Shown in pieces: positions 12,815 to 24,400 of a stretch of 64,000 bases of DNA. The position numbers were made by a program, and so were the translations under genes. The first letter of the stretch is position 1, and each line of letters starts with the position of its first letter. Below the pieces are notes generated by a model. It worked only from the letters and a program-made list of their open reading frames with translations, ran no database searches and had not been told where the DNA came from. The stretch is from Anthoceros angustus (lineage: Eukaryota > Plantae > Anthocerotophyta), in the NCBI GenBank assembly GCA_010909165.1, contig MU008175.1, positions 983,370 through 1,047,369 of the forward strand. The letters run 5' to 3'.

Positions 12815-13061
12815 AATGAATCTGGTACTCTAAATCTTCAGGAGTAGCTTGCAATGAAAGGTGCTCATCCATTGATCCTCTACAAAGAGGACACATTCTT
12901 CCGGGACAAATTGCCCACTTTCTTATGCAATTTGTGTGAAACTCATGATTGCATAGTGATAGTTCCGTAAGAAAACCAGTTTTTTCGTCCATAGGAAGAA
13001 GACATATACTACAATCTTGTTGACAAGAGATAACATCATTCTCGGGCATAGTCTCAAACAT
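12681..13061 (-). CDS. Intronless RING-H2 (C3H2C3) finger ORF, 126 aa
   Basis: CSICLLPMDEKTGFLTELSLCNHEFHTNCIRKWAICPGRMCPLCR has all eight ligands, with an ATG start. Confidence 0.7.
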   Translation of the reverse strand: MFETMPENDVISCQQDCSICLLPMDEKTGFLTELSLCNHEFHTNCIRKWAICPGRMCPLCRGSMDEHLSLQATPEDLEYQIHLPLADNLELILSVRPHGMPRMFTREGMVIRSRRKRQWITNPTIS

Positions 13062-14299
13062 AGTGCAAACTTGTACTTAACAAGCTAGAGCAGAATTAGT
13101 AGTATGCAGTATATACAAAAACTTGTATTTAATAAGCTAGAGTAGAATTGGTAGTATGCAGTATATACGCAATATGGATCAAGTGATTCCGGATGGTAAG
13201 TAAAAGACTTTTTGAATCTTCAACTACTATTTCCCTTCGATTCTTTAGTAGAACTACTTAAACACACATGCAACATATATAGACCAGTTGTAGTGAATCT
13301 CGATTTTTTGAAAAGAAACTCGACATATAGAGTGTACTAATTATACCAAACTTTAAATAAAAGTGATGACATATAATTTTAAATATACAATCATTTTATA
13401 ATATAATAACTATACTTCTTGTGACTACTATACTTCTTGTGACTTAGACTTCATGGTCGATGGTAGATGTCCGAGAAAGATGAAACAAAAAAGACATCAA
13501 TTATAGGTCACAATGACGGATGACCGTCATGGTTTTGAACTGAGATAAATTCATAGGTTATGATAAAAAAATGTGTGAACTAGTTTAAAGCAAAAAAATC
13601 AAATAGAATGAAGGAGCCAATCAACGAATCAGTCAATAGTACTAGGAAATTCTGCAGAAGAAAGCCACTTGACCTACAGAAAAAGACTCCACCCTTTGCC
13701 TTTGTGTTATGCCCTAGCGTGGCGATGGACACCTCATACAAACTCCACCCTTTGCGTTTGTGTTATGCCGACAGCGCGACAGGGCCGTCACAAGTGTACA
13801 TATAAAATCGATCATGCAAGGGAAACCACGATGGCCTTCAAGGGTGCTTACTAAGAAACCATGATGTGCTCAAAGGTTGCTATAAAAAAAATGCCCTCTA
13901 AGGGCGCATTTCCATGTCAATCCGGGCTGTTCCGGATTCCCAGAACCCTATAGGAACAAGAAGACCAGCCTTCACTTCCTCCTTGGGCATCACCAGAACA
14001 TCCCTGACTTCCTCCTTTCAATACCAGCAGGCTTTTACTTCACTTCCTCCTTGCAGTATCAGAACAGCCTTAACTGGCTCCCCGGAACACCTTTGACTTC
14101 CCCCACACATATCAAAATCAAGACCGAGCTGACCGGAGAACGAAACAATTACCTGAGCAGACGATGAAGCGCAAAAGTTACCCTCGTCAACATACAGTAA
14201 GTACGCAGCGTATCTCAATAGCTCTATCCTTTCGACATCGCTCCCACAACCCTTCCCCCTCCCAACATTACCCTGCTCTTCCGCTCACCATCCTTCCCC

Positions 14300-14430
14300 A
14301 CCCATCTCAGCCCCCTCAATCCATCCCGTGGATCGTTGGAAAACCCGTCCTGACCCACACATCTTCTCGGAAGTGGAAGCGCTGGGCTTCTTACTCTGCC
14401 GCACCTGGTGGCTTCGTTGTTTGTCACTAC
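14300..14430 (-). pseudogene. Isolated homologue of the N-terminal leader of the downstream PPR genes
   Basis: ATRCGRVRSPALPLPRRCVGQDGFSND matches APRCSSGSSPALPLPRKHVDGDGFSSD (copy at ~31950-32030). The DNA block ttctcggaagtggaag.gctgggc is shared. Confidence 0.65.
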
Positions 14431-14693
14431 TTGAATCCCTTAAGCGAGGTGAGGTTAAATGGCTCTGCTTGTTCCAAAAAAGCCTTCCGGATCCTGCACC
14501 ACCCAGAACCCACCTCGCACAATCCGAAATCGACCGGACATCGAAAACGACCCTGGAACATCCACACACATAAAAGCCTTGCTTAATGGACGAATGACCA
14601 TATTTACATTTTACAGGTGGCAAACCTAGGGTTCAACAAATTGCTCTCTTCGCAGCCAGGGGTTGTTATTTGAATGCAAACTTGTGTGCATCG

Positions 14694-17041
14694 ATGGCGC
14701 AAGCTCTGCTCCGGCCAGTACCTTTGCTGGAAGTGCGGCGTCTATCTTATGCTTCTCGACTGTGTCTGAGAACACAGCCTCTGGCTGTCGCCGTTGACGG
14801 TAGCCGGAGGAACGTGGGCTCTACCCCGCCTCCCAGGGCACAGAGCGAGGCGAGTTCAGCTGCAATTGACGAAGGGCTGTCTGCCGGCGGCAGCAGGGAG
14901 TTCTCAGGTACTGTGGCTGCTGGCACCGGCAAGGTGCGGCTGGACACATGGTTGACAGAGCAGCTTCCCCGAGTGAGCAGGGCACGAGTCCAAGCCAGCA
15001 TCAAGCATGGGCTTGCAGTCATCAATGGGCAGCCTGCTACTAAGGCAATTATTCTAGGCCCTCTGAACTGGGAGGGAGCATGGGTTCCACACATTCTGCC
15101 AGTCGTGATTTTGTTTCTTCTGGGTTTTACAGGTTTCTTGTACGGTCAAAGGAGGTGACCGTGTGCAATGCAATCTCTTGGCAGCACCGTCCCTTAAAGC
15201 AGATCCTGAAGACATTCCTCTAGACATCGTCTTTGAGGATGAACATCTGCTCGTCATCAATAAGGCCGCTCACATGGTGAGAGGTTAGCGGATCTGATAT
15301 CCTTAGATCCTCTGGGTTGGGTATGGGTGAGTTTTGGTGTGTTTTTGGTGGAGTAGAGACTGCATGGTGTTCCTTTGTGATGCTGTTGCAGGTGGTTCAC
15401 CCTGCGCCTGGACATTATGGGGGGACATTGGTCAACGCCCTTCTACACCATTGTGGTCTGCCTGCCATGCAATATTCTAGCGGGTCAGCTTCTCGAGCTG
15501 CTCTTGGGTTGATGGGTGCTGAGGAACTGGAGGAGGATGACAGCCTGATGGATGGCGACGACGTGGTTGAAGGTGGGGGTGTGGTCGAGGCTTTAGATGG
15601 CCTCGTGCCAGTGATACGACCTGGCATTGTTCACAGACTTGACAAAGGCACGAGCGGTCTTTTGGTGATTGCAAAGGTGTGCTCTATCTTCCCATCATCG
15701 TGAATGTTCGTCCGTGCACAGTCACAAGTTGTCTGATTCTGGTGTGTTACTTCTTTCCAGGATGATCACTCTCACATGCAGCTGTGCGAGCAGTTCAAGG
15801 CCCGTGAAGTCTCAAGAACATATGTCAGTATCTGCTGTGGAGTGCCCCGCATCCCAGCCGGTCGGATTGAAGTTCCAATTGGCCGTGATGTGCGGGATCG
15901 CAAACGGATGGCTGCAATTCTTAGACCAGGTGGAAGCACTGGAGCTCGATTTGCCGCAAGCAGGTACTGACTTCTTGTGTGCTTTATGCCGTGTGCTGTT
16001 GATGTTACTCTGAATCTGGACCAAATTCAGGCTGTTGCCGAATCTGGACAGTAGTCGTGCATTACTTGTGCCTTTTGACCTGGAATGTGTGCTTTGAGTG
16101 TCCCTCACTTTAGATTCCAACAGTCTCAACCTAATCCAAGAGCTTATTGGTTACACCTTTTGCACATAGTTTCCAGTGTGAGCTTTACGTCTCACAGTTG
16201 CTTTTGAAGCTTGCTGGGGTCTGGCTCAAAATTGAGGCACTTGTTGCGGCTCGAAAATTGCTTCTGACCTTAGGGACTTAGCGATGATGATTCCGTGGTC
16301 GTACTAAGTTGCCGCTGTCTTTTTGACGTATGAGGTGAGATCATATTTGAGCTCATAGCCATTTGGCTTGAGTGAATGCCGGGCAGTCTGCATTGCAATG
16401 CGCATGGTCACAATTCAACCACTGCTTTTTGTCACCCATCTCTTAGGTCCGAATTCTCCCCATGATGTTTTTGGCAGATATCGTGTGGTTGAGGTTCTTG
16501 TAGATGGTGGCTCTGCCCTGATTGAATGGAAGCTGGAAACCGGGCGCACACATCAGGTAGTGTCTGCCATGTGAACCTTGATTCCAGCTTACTTTTGTGG
16601 TTTCCCTTACTGACGTGGACGGGCATACAGATTCGTGTCCACGCCCAGCATCTTGGAAACCCCATCCTTGGTGACGAAACGTATGGAGGCAATCCAGGTG
16701 CTGCTCTCTCACGGTTGATTCCCCACTTACCTTCAACACAGCATGGGAAAGCTCGACAACTCGTGTCACGGCTTCAGAGACCTTGTTTACATGCTATGAC
16801 CATCGGGTAACGTCACCTGACCTGCTTCAGTTCTACACGGTTTCTTGCTTTCTGTCCTGTTGCGATTTTCATAAAAGCGCCGGCCACAGAGGCGAGGCTT
16901 CGTTTTGCTGATTCCAATGTTGAGCTTTGCAGGTTCCGGCATCCGTGGACTGGCATCCACCATAACTTCACACAAACTCCCCCACGGGATTTTGAAGACA
17001 CATGGTTAGGCCTCCAGGAAATGGGCATCCAGGCTGTGTGA
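14694..17041 (+). CDS. RNA pseudouridine synthase, RluA/RluD family with S4 domain, probably plastid-targeted
   Basis: RLDTWLTEQLPRVSRARVQASIK (S4), IPLDIVFEDEHLLVINK, VVHPAPGHYGGTLVNALLHH, catalytic RPGIVHRLDKGTSGLLV, WKLETGRTHQ/IRVHAQHLGNPILGDETYG, RPCLHA, followed by GFRHPWTG. Confidence 0.95.
16280..16353 (+). ncRNA. Candidate intronic C/D box snoRNA
   Basis: agc-g-ATGATGA (16284-90) ... TTGA (16347-50)-gct gives a 3-bp terminal stem in k-turn register, with an internal TTGA D' box. It lies in an unusually long (~510 bp) intron. No target was recognised. Confidence 0.35.
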
Positions 17042-18111
17042 GCGACGCAGCGCGGACTCGATGACGAAGTGGACCAGAGCCCTTCAAATCGGAAAGAACC
17101 AAGAATGTAAGTTTCTTCTAGGGTTGACATCTATTTTAGTGGAAATCTTTAGAAGACCTCGATGTCAGTCTCCTACTTAGTACTTACCCTATGTATGTCT
17201 TTTATGTGCTCCATATATTCAGGACACGGTCCCGCAAGAAAGCGGTATTTGTTCGTCTGCAATGCTTCTTCGCGTGCAAGGGTGCGGCCTTTGTGTTTTT
17301 CAACTTCGGCGTATTGGGTTTATCGTTTCTTCTTCTTGGCAAGTTCATCACTCTTCATGCACAATTCCGTTATTCGTGTGTACACTTGACATCCAGAAGT
17401 GATGCAGAATTGAGCTGCGGGTGCCAATTCGATCCCGCTGGTTAGTAACTTAGGGTCCGTTTTAGAGTTTGCTGATGGTGATCTTATTGAGCAGATAATT
17501 CGCACGCGATAATGGGGAAGGTAGTCGGCACCGCTTTACGTCGTGCTTCAGGTGAGCGGGGGATTCGGAACTTGTCTCCCTTATGGGTGTGAGGTGTAGG
17601 TCATGTTGTGATATTTGCACAGGACCGGGTTCAGCCACGCTCACGGTGGTTAGGCGTGCTCAAGCATCTTTTGGTTTGGCGTCAAGGCTCCGCCAAAGAA
17701 GACTCGTTCTTTGGAGAGGAAGGAGGCCTGGTTGCGTACTGTAGCCTCTCCTGTTAGCGCCTCTGGCACTTTGATGTGTGAAACTGAATTTTTGAATTAG
17801 CCACCTTTCACGATTCGCAGGGCTCATACCTAGTAAAAGCCCCAGCGTCTCGGTGTCGTCTTACGTGTCGTGTTTTGAAAAGACGCCGCCCGAAGAAGTC
17901 CTGATAAAACCGGTGTTAATGAAAGTTCCTGTCGAACCAACCGTGCACTCCAGGCCGCCCGAGAGCACCAGAACACCATCGGAGGTGCAATGGCCTTGGT
18001 CGCCGTCGTCAGCGCCCGCCTTCGCGCCTTGTCCTGTTCGATTACTCGGGCGATCGCATAGTGCAGCAACGACATGAGCAGCATCCGAGCCCCGCAGCTG
18101 ATTCTCAAGCC

Positions 18112-19083
18112 ATGAGCAGCAATCAACCTCGTGCAACTCGCTGTGTTTTTGGTACGCTCCGCTGCGCGCATGAGAACCTCCTTCTTGCCATCTTCTCCCA
18201 TCTCGCAGCCAGCCCGGCCGCGCCTCCTACGCCTGCTAACCCTTTGCCCCTCGCCTTGCTTGCTCCAAATTTGCAGTTGGGAACATCCCGTATGATGCCA
18301 CAGAGGAGCAGCTTATTCAAATCTGTGAGGAAGTTGGGCCAGTCGTTTCGTTCCGGTGCGCTCTCCCGCGCTTTCCCGCGCTTTCCTGCTCGTGTTTTAG
18401 GTTTCTGCTATCTGCTGTGAGGCCAGTGGGGTTATGAGAGTCCGTTCTGTGGGGCTCGGCCATGTTTGCTAGACTGGATGGTGGATGCGGGCTGTTTTTT
18501 TTTTTTCCCTCGTCGGCAGGGATTCTTTGTTGTGATATAGGGGGTGCGGTGTCGGTAACTATGTTGTAGCCTGGCGGTTCTTTCTCTGCAGGCTTGTGAT
18601 CGACAGGGAAACCGGAAAGCCTAAGGGCTACGGATTCTGTGAGTTCCGGGACGAGGAGACAGCGCTAAGTGCTCGCCGGAATCTCCAGGGATATGAGATT
18701 AACGGTCGCCAGCTTCGTGTAGATTTTGCCGAGAATGAAAAAGGTGGAGGAGGAGTAGATCGGAACAGAGAGCAGGTTCGGGATAGAACTCCTTTCGTCT
18801 CTTCTGCCTTTGCCTCTTCTGGATTTACACATGGATGAAGATTTTGTTTTGGGTGTGGCTACTCTAGGGGTAGATATCGAAGGGTTCCTACTACTGACTT
18901 ACTGACTTAGGGTTTGCTTGCTATGTTGTCCCTCAGGGGCGTGGCGGCCCTGGGCTTCAGCAACAACCGACCTATGGATATGGTAAGTGCTGAAGTGTTT
19001 TGGGGTTACGGGTGGTCTTGGTGCAGGCTGCCGAAATGATGAGCTGAGTTTGGGTTTCACACCGTGGTTTGCAGATGTACAAA

Positions 19084-19117
<34 letters not shown>

Positions 19118-20936
19118 GGTGACTCATTCAGGTCTGCACAACGTGGATAGTCCTTTGGACCAGCAGCCCATTGGCTACCAAGCAGCAAGTGCAGCTGCAT
19201 CCTTGATGGCGGGTGCACTAGGAGGTTCGCAGCTGGCCATGCTGATGAGCCAAGCTCAAGGAGCGGGTCAGGGGAATGGCCCCGCTCAGGCAAATGGGGG
19301 CGCCGACCTCACCAACCACTTGGCTACCATGTCTAAGCCGCAGCTGTACGACGTCATGGTCCAAATGAGGGTACTGTTCCCTTTACTTTCCTGTTGGCTG
19401 TAGGATTTTGCTCGGCCTGTGCATACCCTTTTGATTTCTCCTGATATTCAGATGGTACTTGTGTGCGGTTTTGTACTATGAAGTTTTCTAACAAGGGAAT
19501 CTGTATTTACATGCAGACTCTTTTAGAACAGAACCAGCAGCAAGCTCGTCAATTCCTTCTCTCGAACCCTCAGTTCACCAAGGCACTATTTCAGGTTTGT
19601 CTACTCTGCTTTCTTCGAAGTTGTGCCAAGTGGTGGACTCATGCATGCTGATTTTGCAGCTTTATCAGAGAGCTCTACCGATGACATTGTTGGTTTTTTT
19701 GGCAGGCACAAATTATGCTGGGCATGGTCAAGCCTTCCATGCAAGGGGTATGTATTCGTGTAATGTTTGTGTTAGTTCCATTTGACTGGGGGGTTTGTAG
19801 TAGGTTGCATTTCTGATGTCGAGTTTCTTTCAGGGGCCTGCGGTGCTACCTAATCAGCAGGCTCAGGGATCTCTTTCCCAGCAGCCAACTAGTGTACTGA
19901 ACCAGCAACTGGCTCCGCAGCTGCAGTCGCAGCAGCCAAGAGTCTCGGCAGCAGCAGCACAAAGCATCCAACAGCCTCTGCAGAGTATGAGCTTCCAGGG
20001 CTCTTCCAACCAGCAACACGTCCCATTTCAGGTGCCAAGAAGATCCTTCACACCAAAGCATATAGTTTGAGCTCCAACTGACTCATCGTCTCACCAGCAC
20101 TAACTCTCTTTTTTCCACATCAGCAGGGTACTGCAATTTCTCAAGCGCAACTTGCCATGGCTTATCAGCATGGACCGCATGCATCAAACCAGCCTGTGAG
20201 TCAGCAGGCTTATCAGCAGCAGGTAAGACTTTTGTTCAGTTTGTGTGATCTATCTATCGACTCCTTTTAGAGTGGACTGCGTTGATGACGTGATTCATGT
20301 ATTGGTTTGCAGATGGCGTCCCGCATGGGCGGTGACATAGGTGGAGCAGCGATGTTAGGAAATTCAGGGATGTTAGGTGTCCCTCAGTCTAGGGTTCCAG
20401 CAATGAGTGGAGGTTTGAGCAGCATGGCCACAGGAATCATGCACCCCTCACAAGCAAGTGGCAACCTCGGTGCATCAATGGGTGTGGCCATGAGCGGTGG
20501 CCACCTGCTGGCAAGTGGGAATATGGGTGGTGGCATGGGCATGTCAATGGCCGGTGGCCCACTGGGCGAGGCCAGCTCCAGGATAGCTTATGCTCGACCA
20601 ATTGCGGCATCGGGTGATGAAATAGGGAGCAGTGCATCCATGATGCCACCATCGTATGCCCAAAGGCTGCAGCAGTCCCAACTCCAAGCCCAGTCTCAGG
20701 CCCAAGTCCAACCACAAGTACGTGTCTCTACAGTCTCTCACTTGAAGAATAAACTAATTCCGCCATCAGGTCTTAACTCAGCCTCGCATGCATCACTGTT
20801 GCAGTTGCAAGCTCTAGAACTTGAGCAGCAGAAGGCTTTGCTGCAGCAGGTGATGAACCTCACACCTGAGCAGATCAACTCGCTACCCATAGAGCAGAGA
20901 CAGCAAGTGATTCAGCTTCAGCAGGCTCTGCGATAG
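18112..20936 (+). CDS. CSTF64: Cleavage stimulation factor 64 kDa subunit (RRM, hinge, C-terminal domain)
   Basis: [88 protein letters not shown]; hinge [42 protein letters not shown]; C-terminal [32 protein letters not shown]. Confidence 0.95.
19084..19118 (+). repeat. CAG/CAA tract encoding poly-Gln in CstF64
   Basis: cagcagcaacaacagcagcagcagcagcagcag. Confidence 0.9.
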
Positions 20937-21489
20937 CGGAGACCTGAGAAACTGTAGATCCCTCTAGGCCATCTTAGACAAATGTTACGTTTCCTGTTCC
21001 AACTGTTTTATTCATTATTAAGAACGCTCGGTTCGGTGGTACATTCCTCTTATCCTTTTGAAAAATCTTTGTAGGCCCCACGGCATCTTTATCGTTGTTG
21101 TTGTATTAGTAGAATCCTCTGGCTCACCTGCTGCCGCTCGTTCAAGCCATGCAATCTTTCCTCCTGTGCCCCCACCACTATGAGCGTCTGTGGTAGGAGC
21201 CCCCCTGGCCGAAGATGTCACCCCTGGCCCAAGAAATCACCACGACAGAGTGGGACGAAACGCTTGGTAGCGAACACATGTATATACTTTTGTTCGCCGA
21301 TCGGCCAGCGATTGCGAGTGAATGAAACTTCTGACAATTTGTGTTGTGACCTCAGTCCCCAATTCTAGTACTTTCGCAGGGAATGACGCTGGCAACGAAT
21401 CCATTTCAATAGACGCTTGTAGAATGTTCACTCCTTCCAAAGCTATGCTGGATTGAAGAGCTGGAAAGTGTTAGAATCCGGGAATCGTG

Positions 21490-24400
21490 ATGGGGAGCCT
21501 GGCTCAGATAGGAGCACAGACTCCTTTCTTGGCCAAAGCAGAATTTGATGGCTACTCTCGGGATTACGGGGCTCAGCATTCTTCCTATCATGGACGTCCT
21601 TTGAGGAGTAATTTGCAATGTGGTGCGATCACGTTTTGCCCAGTTAACAAGGTTGTTGGTCTCACGGTTGCTCAACTGAGGAGGAACGCCGTGGACGTCG
21701 TGGATACCCGTCCAGATCTATCCGCTTCCCATAAAGCAGAGAATTCTGTTTCCAGTGTTGTTACGGTGGACAATGACAGCTCTGAGGAGTACACTGTGAT
21801 ACGTGTGAAGGCTTTCAACAAGCCAGCATTTCTGCAAAGGGTGATTTCCACTTTTCAAGACCTCGGTTTGCAGGTGTCCAGAGCTACAATTGACGTTGAA
21901 GATGGAGACTATGTTTCCAAATCCTTCTATCTGACGGACGAGCAGGGGCAGAAGATTCTGAACCCCGCGGATAAGAAGAATATAACAAACGCGTTGCTGT
22001 CGGTCTTGGATGAGGAGCTTCTTTCAGGAAAGGGAAGGGTGCAAAGCCGACCGCTTTCTGTACTCTCCAGGAAAGCAGATGATCTGTTGGGGGCACCGGA
22101 GATGAAACGGAGAACAGAGCTTTTGTACAGCATAGTGGACCAGTATTTGAAGGATGATGTGAGGAGTATACAAAAGAGTATAGTGGATCATGTTGAGTAC
22201 ACGGTTGCTCGGTCACGGTTCAAGTTCGATGACTTTGAGGCCTACCAGGTATTCTCAAAGAAATTGGCGGTTGTGCTGTGCCATGCTGATTCCTTTTCGT
22301 GCTGCCAGTGGTGATTCACACCTTTTGGTCAACACAGATCAAAAGTTCTCACAATCGGTTGAGCAACTTGTGCAGGGTACAGCTTACAGTGTACGAGACC
22401 GTCTCATTGAGAGCTGGAATGATACCCAGCAGTTCTTTAGGGACAAGGACGTGAAACGAGTGTTCTACCTGTCCATGGAGTTCTTGATGGGTGTGTGAGC
22501 TCTGTTTCAACATTCATGTGTCGCTTGCAAGCAGCAGGTGAGACTGGATGACTCTGATCATGCACGTCATGCGTAGGTCGTTCTTTGCTTAACAGCATTT
22601 TCAACCTCGGAATCAAGGATCAATATGCCGAAGCGTTGAGGCAGCTAGGCTACAACTTGGAGGTGCTGGTGGAACAGGTAGGTTTTTGGAAAGAGACTGA
22701 CTTGGCTGGCCACCACTCCTATCAGTAAAAGTATGTTCTCCTCGAAGTGGCAGTATCGTATAAAAGTTGGTTTCCAGCATCTTAGGGAGCTAGTATGCAA
22801 TTGCAGGAAACAATATGGAGAGGCAGCTGCCAAGGATCTGATACTATCAGGGATATCAGATAGTCATACTTTAGATTCAGTAGTAGCATTTGAATTGATT
22901 GGGTGAGCATCTGATGGTCTCCTGGACTTCTCCTTTGAAGCCCTGAGCCCCCATGGAAAGTCGCCATCTCACAAGCCCTGGCATAGAAATCAGTCTAATG
23001 CCTTTGCGTGCAGGAGCGGGATGCTGCCTTGGGCAACGGAGGACTAGGGCGTCTAGCTGCGTGTTTCCTGGATTCTCTTGCAACTCTAGACTATCCAGCT
23101 TGGGGGTACGTGCCTGTCAGCTGAGAGAATCCTGTTCTTGAGTTTTAGGCAATGCTGTGGTTGTGATGGTCCTCTAATGAGAACGGTTGTTTCCGGTTTA
23201 GATACGGGATTCGGTATCAGTATGGCATGTTCAGGCAGACAATTCAAGATGGGTATCAACACGAGCAGCCTGACTACTGGCTGAACTTTGGGAATCCATG
23301 GGAGATTGAGCGGGTGCATGTCACATACTCTGTGCAGGTGAGTATTCTGCTTGATTAACAAGTCGATCCATTTTAAGGTAGAATTCTGTAAACAGGTCTC
23401 TTGTTGAATTTTTGGGTACGTTGTGCTGTGTCCAGTTTTATGGAACGGTAGAAGAAGAGTGGCGCAATGGGAAAAAGCATATGAAATGGGTTCCTGGAGA
23501 AATAGTAAGTCTGGCTACTCCTCGACTCTGGTGTGCTGCACGTATCTTACTCAACTGCTCATTCTGCTTCCTGATGTTTCACATCTGTCTTATGTTAGGT
23601 TGAAGCTGTTGCTTATGACAATCCTATTCCCGGTTATGATACAAACAACACCATAAATATGCGCCTCTGGGCTGCTAAACCAAGTGGAGAGTTTGATCTG
23701 GTAGCAATCCTGGCCCACATTTTCACCATAGCATGTCCAGTCTTATGTAACGGCTCCTTGTGTTGGACCTGGAATTCGTACTGTACTATGGCTTATGAGC
23801 ACTTTGTGTACTTGGATAGCAATCATTCAATACAGGGGATTATGTGAATGCTATCCTCAGTAAACAGCGAGCGGAGACCATCAGCAGCATCCTTTATCCG
23901 GATGATCGAACTTATCAGGTCTGTTGCAGATGCGCGTGGTGGTTCAAGTCGAGCTACAGCTATGTGTTTTCTAACATTGTGAGAGCTCTATGACAACTCA
24001 TCATGTCTCAGGCAAGTGTTTGATGGCATGCTTTTGCAGGGTAAGGAGCTTAGGTTGAAACAGCAGCACTTTTTTGTCTCGGCGTCCCTGCAGGACGTGG
24101 TTCGACGATACAAGGACCACCATCCAACTTTTGATGAGTTCCCTGATAAAGTAAGGAACTGCATCATGTCCTTTTCATTGCATTTGTAACCAACCATCAG
24201 TGAGCTTATGTGCATGAACATTGAGCAATCAATTCTGATTCACAACTGTCTTCTCGTTTCTCAACAGGTCGCCTTGCAACTCAATGATACCCATCCAATC
24301 ATTGGGGTGCCAGAACTAATGCGTCTTTTAGTGGATGTTGAGGAGCTTGAGTGGAGCAAAGCCTGGAAAATCACCACACATGTTTTCTCTTTCACGGTGC

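Larger units (their letters stand above)
10431..13295. mobile_element. Putative non-autonomous CACTA-type element
   Basis: Starts CACTAC (10431) and ends GTAGTG (13295), flanked on both sides by AAT (a 3-bp TSD as expected for CACTA). The interior is AT-rich with a foldback and tandem repeats. The TIR is degenerate beyond 6 bp and no transposase is seen. Confidence 0.4.
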
